Below the pieces are notes generated by a model. It did not search any database and was not told the DNA's origin. It saw nothing but the letters and a program-made list of their open reading frames with translations. Shown piece by piece: positions 21,020 to 30,050 of a stretch of 64,000 nucleotides of DNA; the first letter of the stretch is position 1, and each line of letters starts with the position of its first letter. A program made the translations under genes and the position numbers. Source of the stretch: a plasmid; the sequence record NZ_CP088995.1. One strand, 5' to 3'.

Positions 21020-22024
21020 ATGGAAGCGAAAACTAAAACCTTCATAAAAACGTCTGTTGATGATAACGGCATGTGGCTGCTGACCGTCCCGGCGGGGAGC
21101 GCGGGCAACGAAACGGTGGTTGTGGTCGTCAGACGGGTGGAGGAATGTCGTTACGGGTCTGAGGACTCGCCAGGGGCATATCTGTGGATCACCTGTAGCC
21201 TGACGCTGTACGGTGACGGACAAAGTACACCGCAGACCATTGTCGCGAAGTTCGAGCACGGCCGTGTGGAACTGTTCAGTGTTGAATTTATGCTGAATGA
21301 ATTTTTACCCCGTGGTCGGGGAGTGGGCAGCTGGATCATGCAGCAGATGGTGCTCTGGACCCGCTCCCTGCCGCCGGAAACGCTGGTCAGACAAATCCAC
21401 ATTTCGTCCGTGGATGCGAAAAACATTCACAATCTGATCCGCCGGAGCAGACTGTGGCGTGGGCTGGGTTTCCGGTTCCCGCCGGGGGAAACCAGCTCAA
21501 TGCCGCTGCGGGCAGACGAACTGCAGTTGCCACGGGGCAGGTGTTCAACGCTCCGGGTGGAGCCCCTGGTATCCGCGGTACGCCGGCTGGAAGACTGTTA
21601 TCGCGGGCTGCAGGAAAAAATCGTGCAGCTCGAAGGCAAAAAACGGTCGCAAAAACAGTTAATTACTTCACTTAGGAATCGTCCATTTTATCATCTGTTG
21701 CACAGGAAAGGGGGCCAGCTCCCGGACGAGAAATGTGACGCCCTGCCACTGCGGGCAGAAAAACTGTCTCTGCCGCAGAGCGGGGATTCTGACCTGGAGG
21801 TGGCGCAACGGGCAACCGGGGTTATCCGGCTGGCAACCCTGTGTAGTCAGTCGCAGGAAAAAATCGTTGAGCTCGAAAGGGATCTTGCCTCGCAAAGTGA
21901 ATACCTCCTTGACCTGCAGACAAAGCTCCTTTCTATCCTGTGGGGGAAAGTCGCTAACCTGACCTTATTCTGGGGGGGCGTGGTGATTTTTCTGTACTTT
22001 ATCAAGTGGATGTTGGTGGCATGA
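21020..22024 (+). CDS. Hypothetical protein (334 aa) with three regions: an N-terminal GNAT-like fold candidate (…EFLPRGRGVGSWIMQQM…), two tandem ~81-aa coiled-coil repeats, and a C-terminal transmembrane helix.
   Basis: Internal 243-bp tandem duplication (~21480-21660 versus ~21740-21900). Hydrophobic C-terminus LTLFWGGVVIFLYFIKWMLVA. Confidence 0.5.
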   Translation: MEAKTKTFIKTSVDDNGMWLLTVPAGSAGNETVVVVVRRVEECRYGSEDSPGAYLWITCSLTLYGDGQSTPQTIVAKFEHGRVELFSVEFMLNEFLPRGRGVGSWIMQQMVLWTRSLPPETLVRQIHISSVDAKNIHNLIRRSRLWRGLGFRFPPGETSSMPLRADELQLPRGRCSTLRVEPLVSAVRRLEDCYRGLQEKIVQLEGKKRSQKQLITSLRNRPFYHLLHRKGGQLPDEKCDALPLRAEKLSLPQSGDSDLEVAQRATGVIRLATLCSQSQEKIVELERDLASQSEYLLDLQTKLLSILWGKVANLTLFWGGVVIFLYFIKWMLVA

Positions 22025-22207
22025 ATGTTCCCGTTCCATAGCCACCCACTGAAGAGGACTGAAACCAGTGCCCGAAAATATCGTGTCTGTAATCACTGAC
22101 GGGGTAGTTTTGTTTGCGACTTCGTCTGTTTTCTGGCTGGCTAGTCATCCTGACTCCGGTAATATTACGAAGAAAATTCTCGGCAAAGAAAAAAGTTAAC
22201 AGAAATT

Positions 22208-22987
22208 ATGAATAACCTGGTTCCAGTTGGATCTCCGCAATCTCCCGGAACATTGCTCCCGGTGGCCATCGATTACCCTGCCGCCCTCGCCCTGCGCCAG
22301 ATGGCGCTCGTGCAGGATGAACTGCCGAAATACCTGCTGGCGCCGGAAGTGAGCGCCCTGCTCCATTACGTGCCGGATCTTCACCGCAAGATGCTGCTGG
22401 CGACGCTGTGGAACACCGGCGCGCGCATTAATGAAGCGCTCGCGCTGACCCGGGGGGATTTTTCGCTGGCGCCGCCGTATCCGTTCGTGCAGCTGGCCAC
22501 GCTCAAGCAGCGCACCGAGAAAGCCGCCAGAACGGCCGGCCGAGTTCCCGCCGGTAGCCAGGCTCATCGCCTGGTTCCGCTTTCCGATCACCACTACGTC
22601 AGCCAGCTGCAGATGATGGTGGCCACCCTGAAAATTCCGCTGGAAAGACGAAACAAGCGCACCGGCAGAATGGAGAAGGCGCGTATCTGGGAGATCACAG
22701 ACCGTACCGTGCGCACCTGGCTTAGCGAAGCGGTGGAGGCCGCAGCGGCCGACGGGGTGACGTTCTCAGTACCGGTAACCCCCCATACGTTCCGTCATTC
22801 CTACGCGATGCATATGCTGTATGCCGGCATACCACTGAAGGTTTTGCAGAGCCTGATGGGCCACAAATCGATTAGCTCGACGGAAGTCTATACGAAGGTG
22901 TTCGCACTTGATGTTGCTGCTCGGCATCGAGTTCAGTTTCAGATGCCCGAAGCGGATGCGGTAGCCATGCTGAAAGGGAATATTTAA
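22208..22987 (+). CDS. resD: Tyrosine site-specific recombinase (ResD-like plasmid multimer resolvase, 259 aa)
   Basis: Integrase catalytic residues R…HxxR…Y (…TPHTFRHSYAMHML…EVYTKV). Confidence 0.75.
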   Translation: MNNLVPVGSPQSPGTLLPVAIDYPAALALRQMALVQDELPKYLLAPEVSALLHYVPDLHRKMLLATLWNTGARINEALALTRGDFSLAPPYPFVQLATLKQRTEKAARTAGRVPAGSQAHRLVPLSDHHYVSQLQMMVATLKIPLERRNKRTGRMEKARIWEITDRTVRTWLSEAVEAAAADGVTFSVPVTPHTFRHSYAMHMLYAGIPLKVLQSLMGHKSISSTEVYTKVFALDVAARHRVQFQMPEADAVAMLKGNI

Positions 22988-23032
22988 GTACTTAGGAGAA
23001 TGATGCTGGCGAACGTCCTGCTCGCCGGTGAG

Positions 23033-23290
23033 TTATCTGGACCAGCTGACGGGAATATCTGCTCTGTATTCCTCATACTGCTCATAGATTGCATGCTGAA
23101 GCATCGTAATACGTTCTGACAACCTGTTGGCGTCCGACATATGCCGCCATTCCCCCTCAATAGTGGTTTTCTGTCCATCCGGGAGATTGAGCGTGATCAA
23201 TACCTTTGTATCACGAAAAATCACCCCGTCAGTGAAAGAATTAAGACCACTTCTTACGGTATTATCTATATGTATAGTTTCAAGTTTCAT
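23033..23290 (-). CDS. Hypothetical protein (85 aa, MKLETIHIDN…)
   Basis: ORF only. Confidence 0.3.
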   Translation of the reverse strand: MKLETIHIDNTVRSGLNSFTDGVIFRDTKVLITLNLPDGQKTTIEGEWRHMSDANRLSERITMLQHAIYEQYEEYRADIPVSWSR

Positions 23291-23860
23291 CTTGTTACCT
23301 CCTGTTGACCGGATCCCAAGCATAGATATCTGAATTCAAATTGCCTAGTGAAATGTCTGGATATGCCGCATTTTTCCCCTTATACAGCGAAGCTGGCCAA
23401 AGGCCAGCCCGCATGGATTTATCGCTTTTGCCAGTAGATCAGCATGGCAAGGAACAGGATTGTTGCCCCCTGAGAAGCGGGAGAAGCGGTCAGGAAAGTT
23501 TCCAGCAATGACATTATCGTAAAACTCCGCATTATTAATTTCAGGTGTGTGATTCAGGGGCCTTAGTCCCCCTTTTACAGGACGTAGTGTTCTGTCACGA
23601 CGGGAGCCAGGGTTAATAAAAACGATTCGAATATGTCTGCAGGGACGATAGAAATCTTCGTGGGGGTTGTCTCGCTGTAGCGGGCTCTGGAGAGCGACTC
23701 GGGGGAGGAGTAGTATCTTCCGGCCACGGATATGATCGAGCCAGCAGTGCTCGCCGCAGTCGAGCGACAGGGCGAAGCCCCGAGTGAGCGAGGAAGCACC
23801 AGGGAACAGAACTTATAAATTCTGCTTACGCTAAATGCCTGAAAAATCACCTCCCCCTCG

Positions 23861-24140
23861 TGGTTATCCACTTATCCACGGGCATATTTTTATAAAGTAC
23901 TTTTTTATTGTTTTTCTATATTTTACATCTTTTAGGGAGCCTGAAAGCCGCGTACAGTGCGGCCTGAGAGGGGGCCTGTATGGGCAACTGGTAAACATAA
24001 TATGGGAAATTAATCACGTATCAGTGGGTTTTGTGTCAACAAGCTATGGGATACGCATCAACAAGCTATGGGAAAGAGGTCAAGTTCAGTTCTCAATTAT
24101 CCACTTGTGGATAAAGTGCAGATTTTTCCGGTGGATAAGT
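23861..24140 (+). promoter_or_regulatory. Replication origin region of the FIB-like replicon. Contains DnaA boxes (TTATCCACT/TTATCCACG at 23863-23879; TTATCCACT-TGTGGATAA at 24098-24115; GTGGATAAG at 24131-24139), an AT-rich stretch (23885-23935) and short repeats TCAACAAGCTATGGGA x2.
   Basis: Consensus DnaA boxes and an AT-rich unwinding element lie just upstream of repA. Confidence 0.65.
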
Positions 24141-24211
24141 ATCGCGATAGCTTGCAATTTCTGTTTTCACTGTCATTATGGGTGGGTAAAAATTTACCCA
24201 TAGGCATTGAA

Positions 24212-24934
24212 ATGGATACTCAAGCACTCTTGCCAGCTACTAAAACGTTTAAAAAACGCGCCAGTATAAAGCAATCTAACGAATTGACTGAAGCAGCATA
24301 TTACCTGCCTCTTCAGGCAAAACGTGTGCTGTGGTTATGCCTCATGCAGGCCTATTTTAACGACAGCCAGGAAGATGACTCTGACGTATTGCCGCTCTTC
24401 AAAATCAGCGTTTCCGATTACGTCAAATACTTCAATGTCGCTACGTCTGTCGCCAGTCGTGATGTGAAGGCTGGGGTAAATGCTCTGGGCGAATCAACGG
24501 TTACCTTTTATCCAAAAGAAGGTGAGTTTGAAGAAGTTAAGCGTCCGTGGCTGGCTGAAGCAGGAATGAAGCGAGGCCGGGGTTCCTGGCAGATTGAATT
24601 TAACTACAAGGTCATGCCATTCCTTGTCGGCTTAACCTCCCAGTTCACTACCTATTCTCTCTATGACTGTGGCCAGCTTAATAGTGTTCGTGTCATCCGG
24701 CTTTATGAAAGCCTGTGTCAGTTCCGGAGCACTGGTGTCTGGATCACCACACATGACTGGTTATGTGAAAGGTTTATGCTCCCTGCCTCGCAGAAAAACA
24801 ATATTGCTGAAATGAAGCGTACCTTCCTGGAACCTGCTCTGAAGAAAATTAATGAGAAGACGCCATTAAAGGTAACATATACCACTGAAGAAGATGGTCG
24901 CTTGCTGTTTAATTTTCTTGATAAAAAACAATAG
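24212..24934 (+). CDS. repA: Iteron-type replication initiator RepA (RepE-like, FIB(K)-type replicon)
   Basis: Similar to the F RepE family (…SNELTEAAYYL…RLYESLCQF…). Start chosen downstream of the DnaA boxes; the listed ORF begins at 24068. Confidence 0.75.
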   Translation: MDTQALLPATKTFKKRASIKQSNELTEAAYYLPLQAKRVLWLCLMQAYFNDSQEDDSDVLPLFKISVSDYVKYFNVATSVASRDVKAGVNALGESTVTFYPKEGEFEEVKRPWLAEAGMKRGRGSWQIEFNYKVMPFLVGLTSQFTTYSLYDCGQLNSVRVIRLYESLCQFRSTGVWITTHDWLCERFMLPASQKNNIAEMKRTFLEPALKKINEKTPLKVTYTTEEDGRLLFNFLDKKQ

Positions 24935-24989
24935 TCTGTAATTTATTTTCCCTCCCCCCTTAGTTTGTTGCTGACATATGGGGGGAACT

Positions 24990-25655
24990 AAACTTGCTGT
25001 ATTTCCCATAGTGCTTGCCTAACTTGACCTGTTTCCCACAATCCCGGCTGTCTGCGTAGTTGACCTGTTTCCCACAGTCCCGGCCGTCTGCAAAGTTGGC
25101 CTGTTTCCCATAGTCCGGGCCGTCTGCAAAGTTGACCTTTTTCCCATAGTCCGGGCCGTCCGCGGAGTTGACCTGTTTCCCATAGTCCGGGCCGTCCGCG
25201 GAGTTGACCTGTTTCCCATAGTCCGGACCGTCCGCGGAGTTGACCTGTTTCCCATAGTCCGGGCCGTCCGCGGAGTTGACCTGTTCCCATAGTCCGGGCC
25301 GTCTGCAAAGTTGACCCGTTTCCCATAGTCCCGGCCGTCTGCAAAGTTGACCTGTTCCCCATAGTCCGGGCCGTCCGCGGAGTTGACCTGTTTCCCACAG
25401 TCCGCGCCGTCCGCGGAGTTGACCTGTTTGCCATAGTCCGGGCCGTCCGTAAAGTTGACCTGTTTCCCACAGTCCCGGCCGCCCGCGAAGTTGACCTGTT
25501 TCCCATAGTCCGGGCCGTCCGCGAAGTTGACCTGTTCCCCACACTCCCGGCCGCCCGTGAAGTTGACCTGTTTCCCATAGTCCGGACCGTCCGCGAAGTT
25601 GACCTGTTTCCCATAGTCCGGAGCGTCCATAAAGTTGACCTGTTTCCCACAGAGG
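24990..25655 (+). repeat. Array of about 18 direct 36-bp iterons (consensus AGTTGACCTGTTTCCCATAGTCCGGGCCGTCCGCGG, with several sequence sub-variants) immediately downstream of repA
   Basis: Strict 36-bp periodicity, e.g. the repeat GAGTTGACCTG begins at 25165, 25201 and 25237. Confidence 0.85.
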
Positions 25656-26043
25656 ATGGAAAACTCTTCTTGTGCTGAGCGTAAGAGCTATCTGCCGGAA
25701 CGGTTCCTCTTCGCTTCCTCGCCAGTTCGCTCGCTACGCTCGGTTACATGGCTGCGGCGAGCGCTGATACATAAGGCTCAGCATTGCACTGGTCGTAACT
25801 AAAATCAGAATCCTTCTGAATGACCCTCCTGTCTTGCAAGTTGGATACCTTTCTCAAAGCCCTTTTGTATGAGTTGTTGTTGATGGTCAAAAGTGCGTCT
25901 GCGTGTTGCTGCAGTGTGATTTAGTAGCACGCCCGTCGAGCTTCCCCCCTCTCCTGTTGAGAGCGAAATCAAAACAATATGAATTTTTGCTTGCAACATG
26001 ACTCTTTTTGTTCAAAATGACAAAAAACGTCATGAGGTGATAA

Positions 26044-27249
26044 ATGGACAATATTGAGCAGTTACGGAAAGTCGCTACACGTGCAGGTAAGCTTCTGACA
26101 TCTTTGAGCGAAAGTATCCGCCAGCAAAAAGAGGAATTGAAGCTTACCGAGTTCTATCAGGAATACAGCAAAGCCGCTCTGTATAAGCTGCCTAAGCTCA
26201 GTAAAGGCAGTGTTGAGTATGCTGTGGCCGAAATGGAAGCCGGTGGCTACATTTTTAAAAAGAAACCTTCTGGTAATACGATGAAATACGCGATGACGAT
26301 TCAGAATGTCATCGATCTGTATAACCATCGTAAAGTACCGAAGTACAGGGATCGCTTCGATAAAGCCTTTACGATTTTTGTATGTAATCTTAAAGGTGGT
26401 GGTTCCAAGACAGTTTCTACCGCTTCATTATCACATGCTTTTCGAGCTCATCCTCAGCTTCTGTTCGAAGACCTGCGTATTCTGGCCATCGATTTCGATC
26501 CGCAGGCATCTCTGACAATGTTCCTGAGCCATGAGAATTCAGTGGGCTTGGTTGAAAATACGGCTGCTCAGGCCATGCTCCAGAACGTGTCTCGAGAAGA
26601 ATTACTTTCCGATTTTATAGTACCGTCTATTATCCCTGGTGTTGATGTAATCCCCGCTTCCATTGACGATGCATTCCTTGCTGAAGGCTGGAAGGGATTG
26701 TGTGAAGAACATCTGCCAGGGAAAAATATTCATGCGGTGCTTAAAGAGAACATTATCGACAAGCTCCAGCATGACTACGACTTTATTTTCCTTGATAGTG
26801 GTCCTCACCTTGATGCGTTCCTGAAAAACTGCATTGGAGCGGCAGACCTGATGTTGACCCCTCTTCCACCGGCGACGGTTGATTTTCATTCTTCCCTAAA
26901 GTTTGTGGCCAGCCTCCCTGCCCTCATAGATTCCATTGAAATGGATGGGCACACCTGCAATCTCATCGGTAATGTCGGCTTCATGTCCAAGATCCTGAAC
27001 AAGTCTGATCACAAAATTTGCCATAGTCAGGCCAAAGAGGTTTTCGGTGCCGATATGCTAGACATGGTTCTGCCGAGACTGGATGGTTTCGAACGCTGTG
27101 GGGAGACTTTTGACACAGTTATTTCAGCAAATCCAGCAACCTATGATGGAAGTACAGAGGCACTAAAAAGCGCAAAATCAGCAGCGGAAGACTTTGCGAA
27201 GGCAGTCTTTGATCGCATCGAGTTCATTCGTACTAACGGAGGTATGTGA
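26044..27249 (+). CDS. parA: Type Ia partition ATPase ParA/SopA (401 aa, N-terminal HTH plus deviant Walker A KGGGSKT)
   Basis: P1/F-type ParA architecture. Confidence 0.85.
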   Translation: MDNIEQLRKVATRAGKLLTSLSESIRQQKEELKLTEFYQEYSKAALYKLPKLSKGSVEYAVAEMEAGGYIFKKKPSGNTMKYAMTIQNVIDLYNHRKVPKYRDRFDKAFTIFVCNLKGGGSKTVSTASLSHAFRAHPQLLFEDLRILAIDFDPQASLTMFLSHENSVGLVENTAAQAMLQNVSREELLSDFIVPSIIPGVDVIPASIDDAFLAEGWKGLCEEHLPGKNIHAVLKENIIDKLQHDYDFIFLDSGPHLDAFLKNCIGAADLMLTPLPPATVDFHSSLKFVASLPALIDSIEMDGHTCNLIGNVGFMSKILNKSDHKICHSQAKEVFGADMLDMVLPRLDGFERCGETFDTVISANPATYDGSTEALKSAKSAAEDFAKAVFDRIEFIRTNGGM

Positions 27250-28223
27250 TGTCGAATGAGAAAAGAAAAACCATCGGCAGACAGTTAAATACCCAGGCGT
27301 CAATAGCGGAAATGACGGACACCGGTAGAAGCCAGGTATTTACCTTAAAAACCGGCAGGAAGGTAACGTTCAGGTTTGTTCGGGTGCCTGCATCTGAAGT
27401 TGAAAGTAAGACATTCGTTAACCAGGAAAACAACGGAAGAGATCAACTTGCACTGACCAGGGAGTCCCTGAAATCCATTATCCAGACGATTAAGTTTCAG
27501 CAGTTCTTTCCCTGTATTGGTATTAAGCAAAGTGAAAGGATTGAGATACTGGATGGTTCAAGACGGCGAGCCTCAGCAATTTTTGTCCGTACAGGCCTTG
27601 ATGTAATGGTTACCGAAGAACATTTATCAGCTGATGAAGCTCGCCAACTGGCTAAAGATATCCAGACAGCTAAAGAACATAATCTTCGGGAGATTGGGCT
27701 GAGATTGATCGCTCTTAAAGAGTCCGGATTTAATCAAAAGGAAATTGCTGAACTGGAGGGGTTATCTCAGGCTAAAGTTACCAGGGCGCTGCAGGCGGCG
27801 GCCGTACCGCAAGACTTAATTTCTCTGTTCCCGGTTCAGTCGGAGCTATCGTTTAGTGACTATAAACTTCTTTTAGAAGTTAATGAAAAACTTAGTGAAA
27901 AGGGATTAACTCCTGAAGAACTCATTCAGGCTGTATCAGCTCAGCTCGATGCAATTTTGAATGATGGCGAGCGACCAGAAGACGAACAGAAAGCCAGTAT
28001 TCTGAAGCTGATTTCTCAGGCATCTCAGGCATTAATCGATCCATCTCCCAAGGAAAAGTCAGTGGTTTCCCCACTCTGGTCTTTTGAAGAAAAGGACAAG
28101 TTCGCGCGTAAGCGTGTGAAAGGGCGCACGCTGACTTATGAGTTTAGCCGTATGTCAAAAGTGATTCAGGATGAACTGGACAAGGCTATCAACGAGGTCC
28201 TTGACAGAAATTTGAGTCAATAA
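27246..28223 (+). CDS. parB: Partition protein ParB/SopB (325 aa)
   Basis: ParB-like nuclease domain. It overlaps the parA stop. Confidence 0.8.
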   Translation: MMSNEKRKTIGRQLNTQASIAEMTDTGRSQVFTLKTGRKVTFRFVRVPASEVESKTFVNQENNGRDQLALTRESLKSIIQTIKFQQFFPCIGIKQSERIEILDGSRRRASAIFVRTGLDVMVTEEHLSADEARQLAKDIQTAKEHNLREIGLRLIALKESGFNQKEIAELEGLSQAKVTRALQAAAVPQDLISLFPVQSELSFSDYKLLLEVNEKLSEKGLTPEELIQAVSAQLDAILNDGERPEDEQKASILKLISQASQALIDPSPKEKSVVSPLWSFEEKDKFARKRVKGRTLTYEFSRMSKVIQDELDKAINEVLDRNLSQ

Positions 28224-28305
28224 TTTCGCCATGGCGATTTCACATCTAACTTATTGTAATTAGGCAGTTTAGGCTGAGAATTTCAAGGTGAAATCGCCAT
28301 AGTTT
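28224..28305 (+). promoter_or_regulatory. parS: P1-type parS centromere with heptamer A-boxes (ATTTCAC/GTGAAAT) and hexamer B-boxes (TCGCCA)
   Basis: The region TTTCGCCATGGCGATTTCAC … GTGAAATCGCCATAGTTTCAC carries these motifs directly after parB. Confidence 0.6.
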
Positions 28306-29576
28306 CACGCCAGTTTCGCTGCAGGAATATCTGACCATCGTGTCGTATAAGCAGGAGAAAGCATCTCCCGTTTCATCTGCCATTCCGAGGCCATACCCCG
28401 CCCCGCAAACCATACTTTACCCAGCCCTGAGTTGTTGATCCCGTCCAGAACCCTCATCAGCTCAGCACTGTGAGGGCGTGGCGGGCGTTCGTCAAACAGC
28501 TGCAGCTGCGAAACGCCGGAGCCGGTGAAGTCATTCAGCATAACTCCGGCTTTGGCATACCGGTGCCCATCCCTCCAGATACGCTCCAGAGCCATTGTGG
28601 CGGCTGCAATGATGTCCCTGGTGTCCTGAGTGGGTGTAAGCAGTTTTTCCGTAGCCACGTTGCCGTAGTAAGGCTCTTTAATGGCGAACGGAGACGTTTT
28701 GATGAAAACGGAAATATGCCGGCAATACTGGTGCTCTTTACGCAGTTTTTCAGAGGCCCGCTCTGCGTGCTGACAGATAGCCTGACGGAGTGACTCGTAC
28801 TCCGTGATCTTCACGCCAAAACTGCGGCTGCAGACAATTTGCTGTTTCGTCGGAGGGGCTTCCTCAAGCGAAAGGCAGCTTTCCCCGTTCAGTTCCCGTA
28901 CCGTTCGCTCAAGGACCACAGAAAAATTTTTGCGGATGAAGGCCGGGTTCGTCAGAGCCAGATCGAGCGCGGTTTTTATGCCCAGCACATTTAGCTTGCG
29001 TGCAATACGGTTACCCACCCCCCAGATTTCTTCAACCGGCTGCAGTGAAAGCAGTTTCCGCGTCCTTTGCGGATTTCCCCTGGTCAGCGCGAGTACGCCA
29101 CGAAACTGTTTCCACTCTTTTGAGGCCCACTGGGCTGATTTTGCGAGGGTTTTCGTTGGTCCGGCGCCCACGCCAATGGTCAGGCGGGTACAGTCATACA
29201 CGTGCTGACGCAGCTGCCGGCCGAAGTCCTCAAGCCCCATACAGTGCTCCACGCCGGTCAGGTCGAGGAACATCTCATCAATGGAATACTGTTCCACCCT
29301 GGGGGCCAGTTCCTCCAGGCAGTTCATCACGCGCGCCGACATCGAGGCGTAAAGTTCATAATTACTTGAAAACGCATATATTTTTTCCGGGTACCTTTCG
29401 TTTTTTATCTGAAACCACGGAGTTCCCATTTTGATCCAGGGCTTCGCCTCGGCACTGCGAGCGATTACGTTCCCGTCGTTGTTGCTCAGGACGACTATCG
29501 GCTTTCCTTTCAAATCCGGGCGGAAAACACGTTCACAGCTGGCATAGAAGCTGTTCACATCGGCCAGGGCAAACAT
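28305..29576 (-). CDS. umuC: Error-prone DNA polymerase V catalytic subunit UmuC/MucB family (423 aa)
   Basis: [35 protein letters not shown]… is a Y-family polymerase sequence. Confidence 0.9.
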   Translation of the reverse strand: MFALADVNSFYASCERVFRPDLKGKPIVVLSNNDGNVIARSAEAKPWIKMGTPWFQIKNERYPEKIYAFSSNYELYASMSARVMNCLEELAPRVEQYSIDEMFLDLTGVEHCMGLEDFGRQLRQHVYDCTRLTIGVGAGPTKTLAKSAQWASKEWKQFRGVLALTRGNPQRTRKLLSLQPVEEIWGVGNRIARKLNVLGIKTALDLALTNPAFIRKNFSVVLERTVRELNGESCLSLEEAPPTKQQIVCSRSFGVKITEYESLRQAICQHAERASEKLRKEHQYCRHISVFIKTSPFAIKEPYYGNVATEKLLTPTQDTRDIIAAATMALERIWRDGHRYAKAGVMLNDFTGSGVSQLQLFDERPPRPHSAELMRVLDGINNSGLGKVWFAGRGMASEWQMKREMLSPAYTTRWSDIPAAKLA

Positions 29577-30007
29577 CAGTACATCTCCCTCGGGCGGTGG
29601 ATGATATGCGTGACAACGCCAAAGATATCCAGCTCGTCGGGATCAGGATAAATCGGCGACCAGGAGGCATTCATGGGCTGCAGCGTCAGTCGCGGCGTCA
29701 GCAGAAGCCGTTTCACCGTAAACTCCCCCTGTACGCTGGCGACAACGATATCGCCGTGCCGCGGCTTTTCAGCACTGTCCACAACCAGCAGATCGCCATT
29801 GTACAGACTGCCGTCGGCCATGCTGTCTCCGCTGGCACGCAGGTAGTACGTCGCGCTCGGATGCCGTATGCAGTAATCATGGAGATCCAGATCGGACTCG
29901 ACATAGTCAGCAGCAGGGCTGGGAAAACCGCAGCTGGCCAGATCGGCAAACAATGGATGGGCCTGTGGCGGGAGTTCTTTCCCGGTGCTGAAAAGTTGTA
30001 GTTTCAT
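29576..30007 (-). CDS. umuD: UmuD/MucA family protein (LexA-like S24 peptidase, 143 aa)
   Basis: [10 protein letters not shown]…[10 protein letters not shown]…[16 protein letters not shown]…. Confidence 0.85.
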   Translation of the reverse strand: MKLQLFSTGKELPPQAHPLFADLASCGFPSPAADYVESDLDLHDYCIRHPSATYYLRASGDSMADGSLYNGDLLVVDSAEKPRHGDIVVASVQGEFTVKRLLLTPRLTLQPMNASWSPIYPDPDELDIFGVVTHIIHRPREMY

Positions 30008-30030
30008 CTTTCCTCCTGACACTCTAATTT

Positions 30031-30050
30031 TTACTGGTTATGCATACAGT
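30031..30050 (-). promoter_or_regulatory. LexA (SOS) box TACTGTATGCATAACCAGTA upstream of umuD
   Basis: CTGT-N8-CCAG is close to the consensus CTGT-N8-ACAG. It lies 24 bp upstream of the umuD ATG. Confidence 0.6.

Noticed and set aside
24960-25650. Three overlapping minus-strand ORFs (194-220 aa) with repetitive GPDYGKQVN / RTMGNRST peptides. Also considered as a possible CRISPR array.
   Set aside because: They lie entirely within the 36-bp iteron array. The periodicity reflects DNA repeats, not a protein. It is not CRISPR: the repeats abut directly with no unique spacers, and it sits next to repA.
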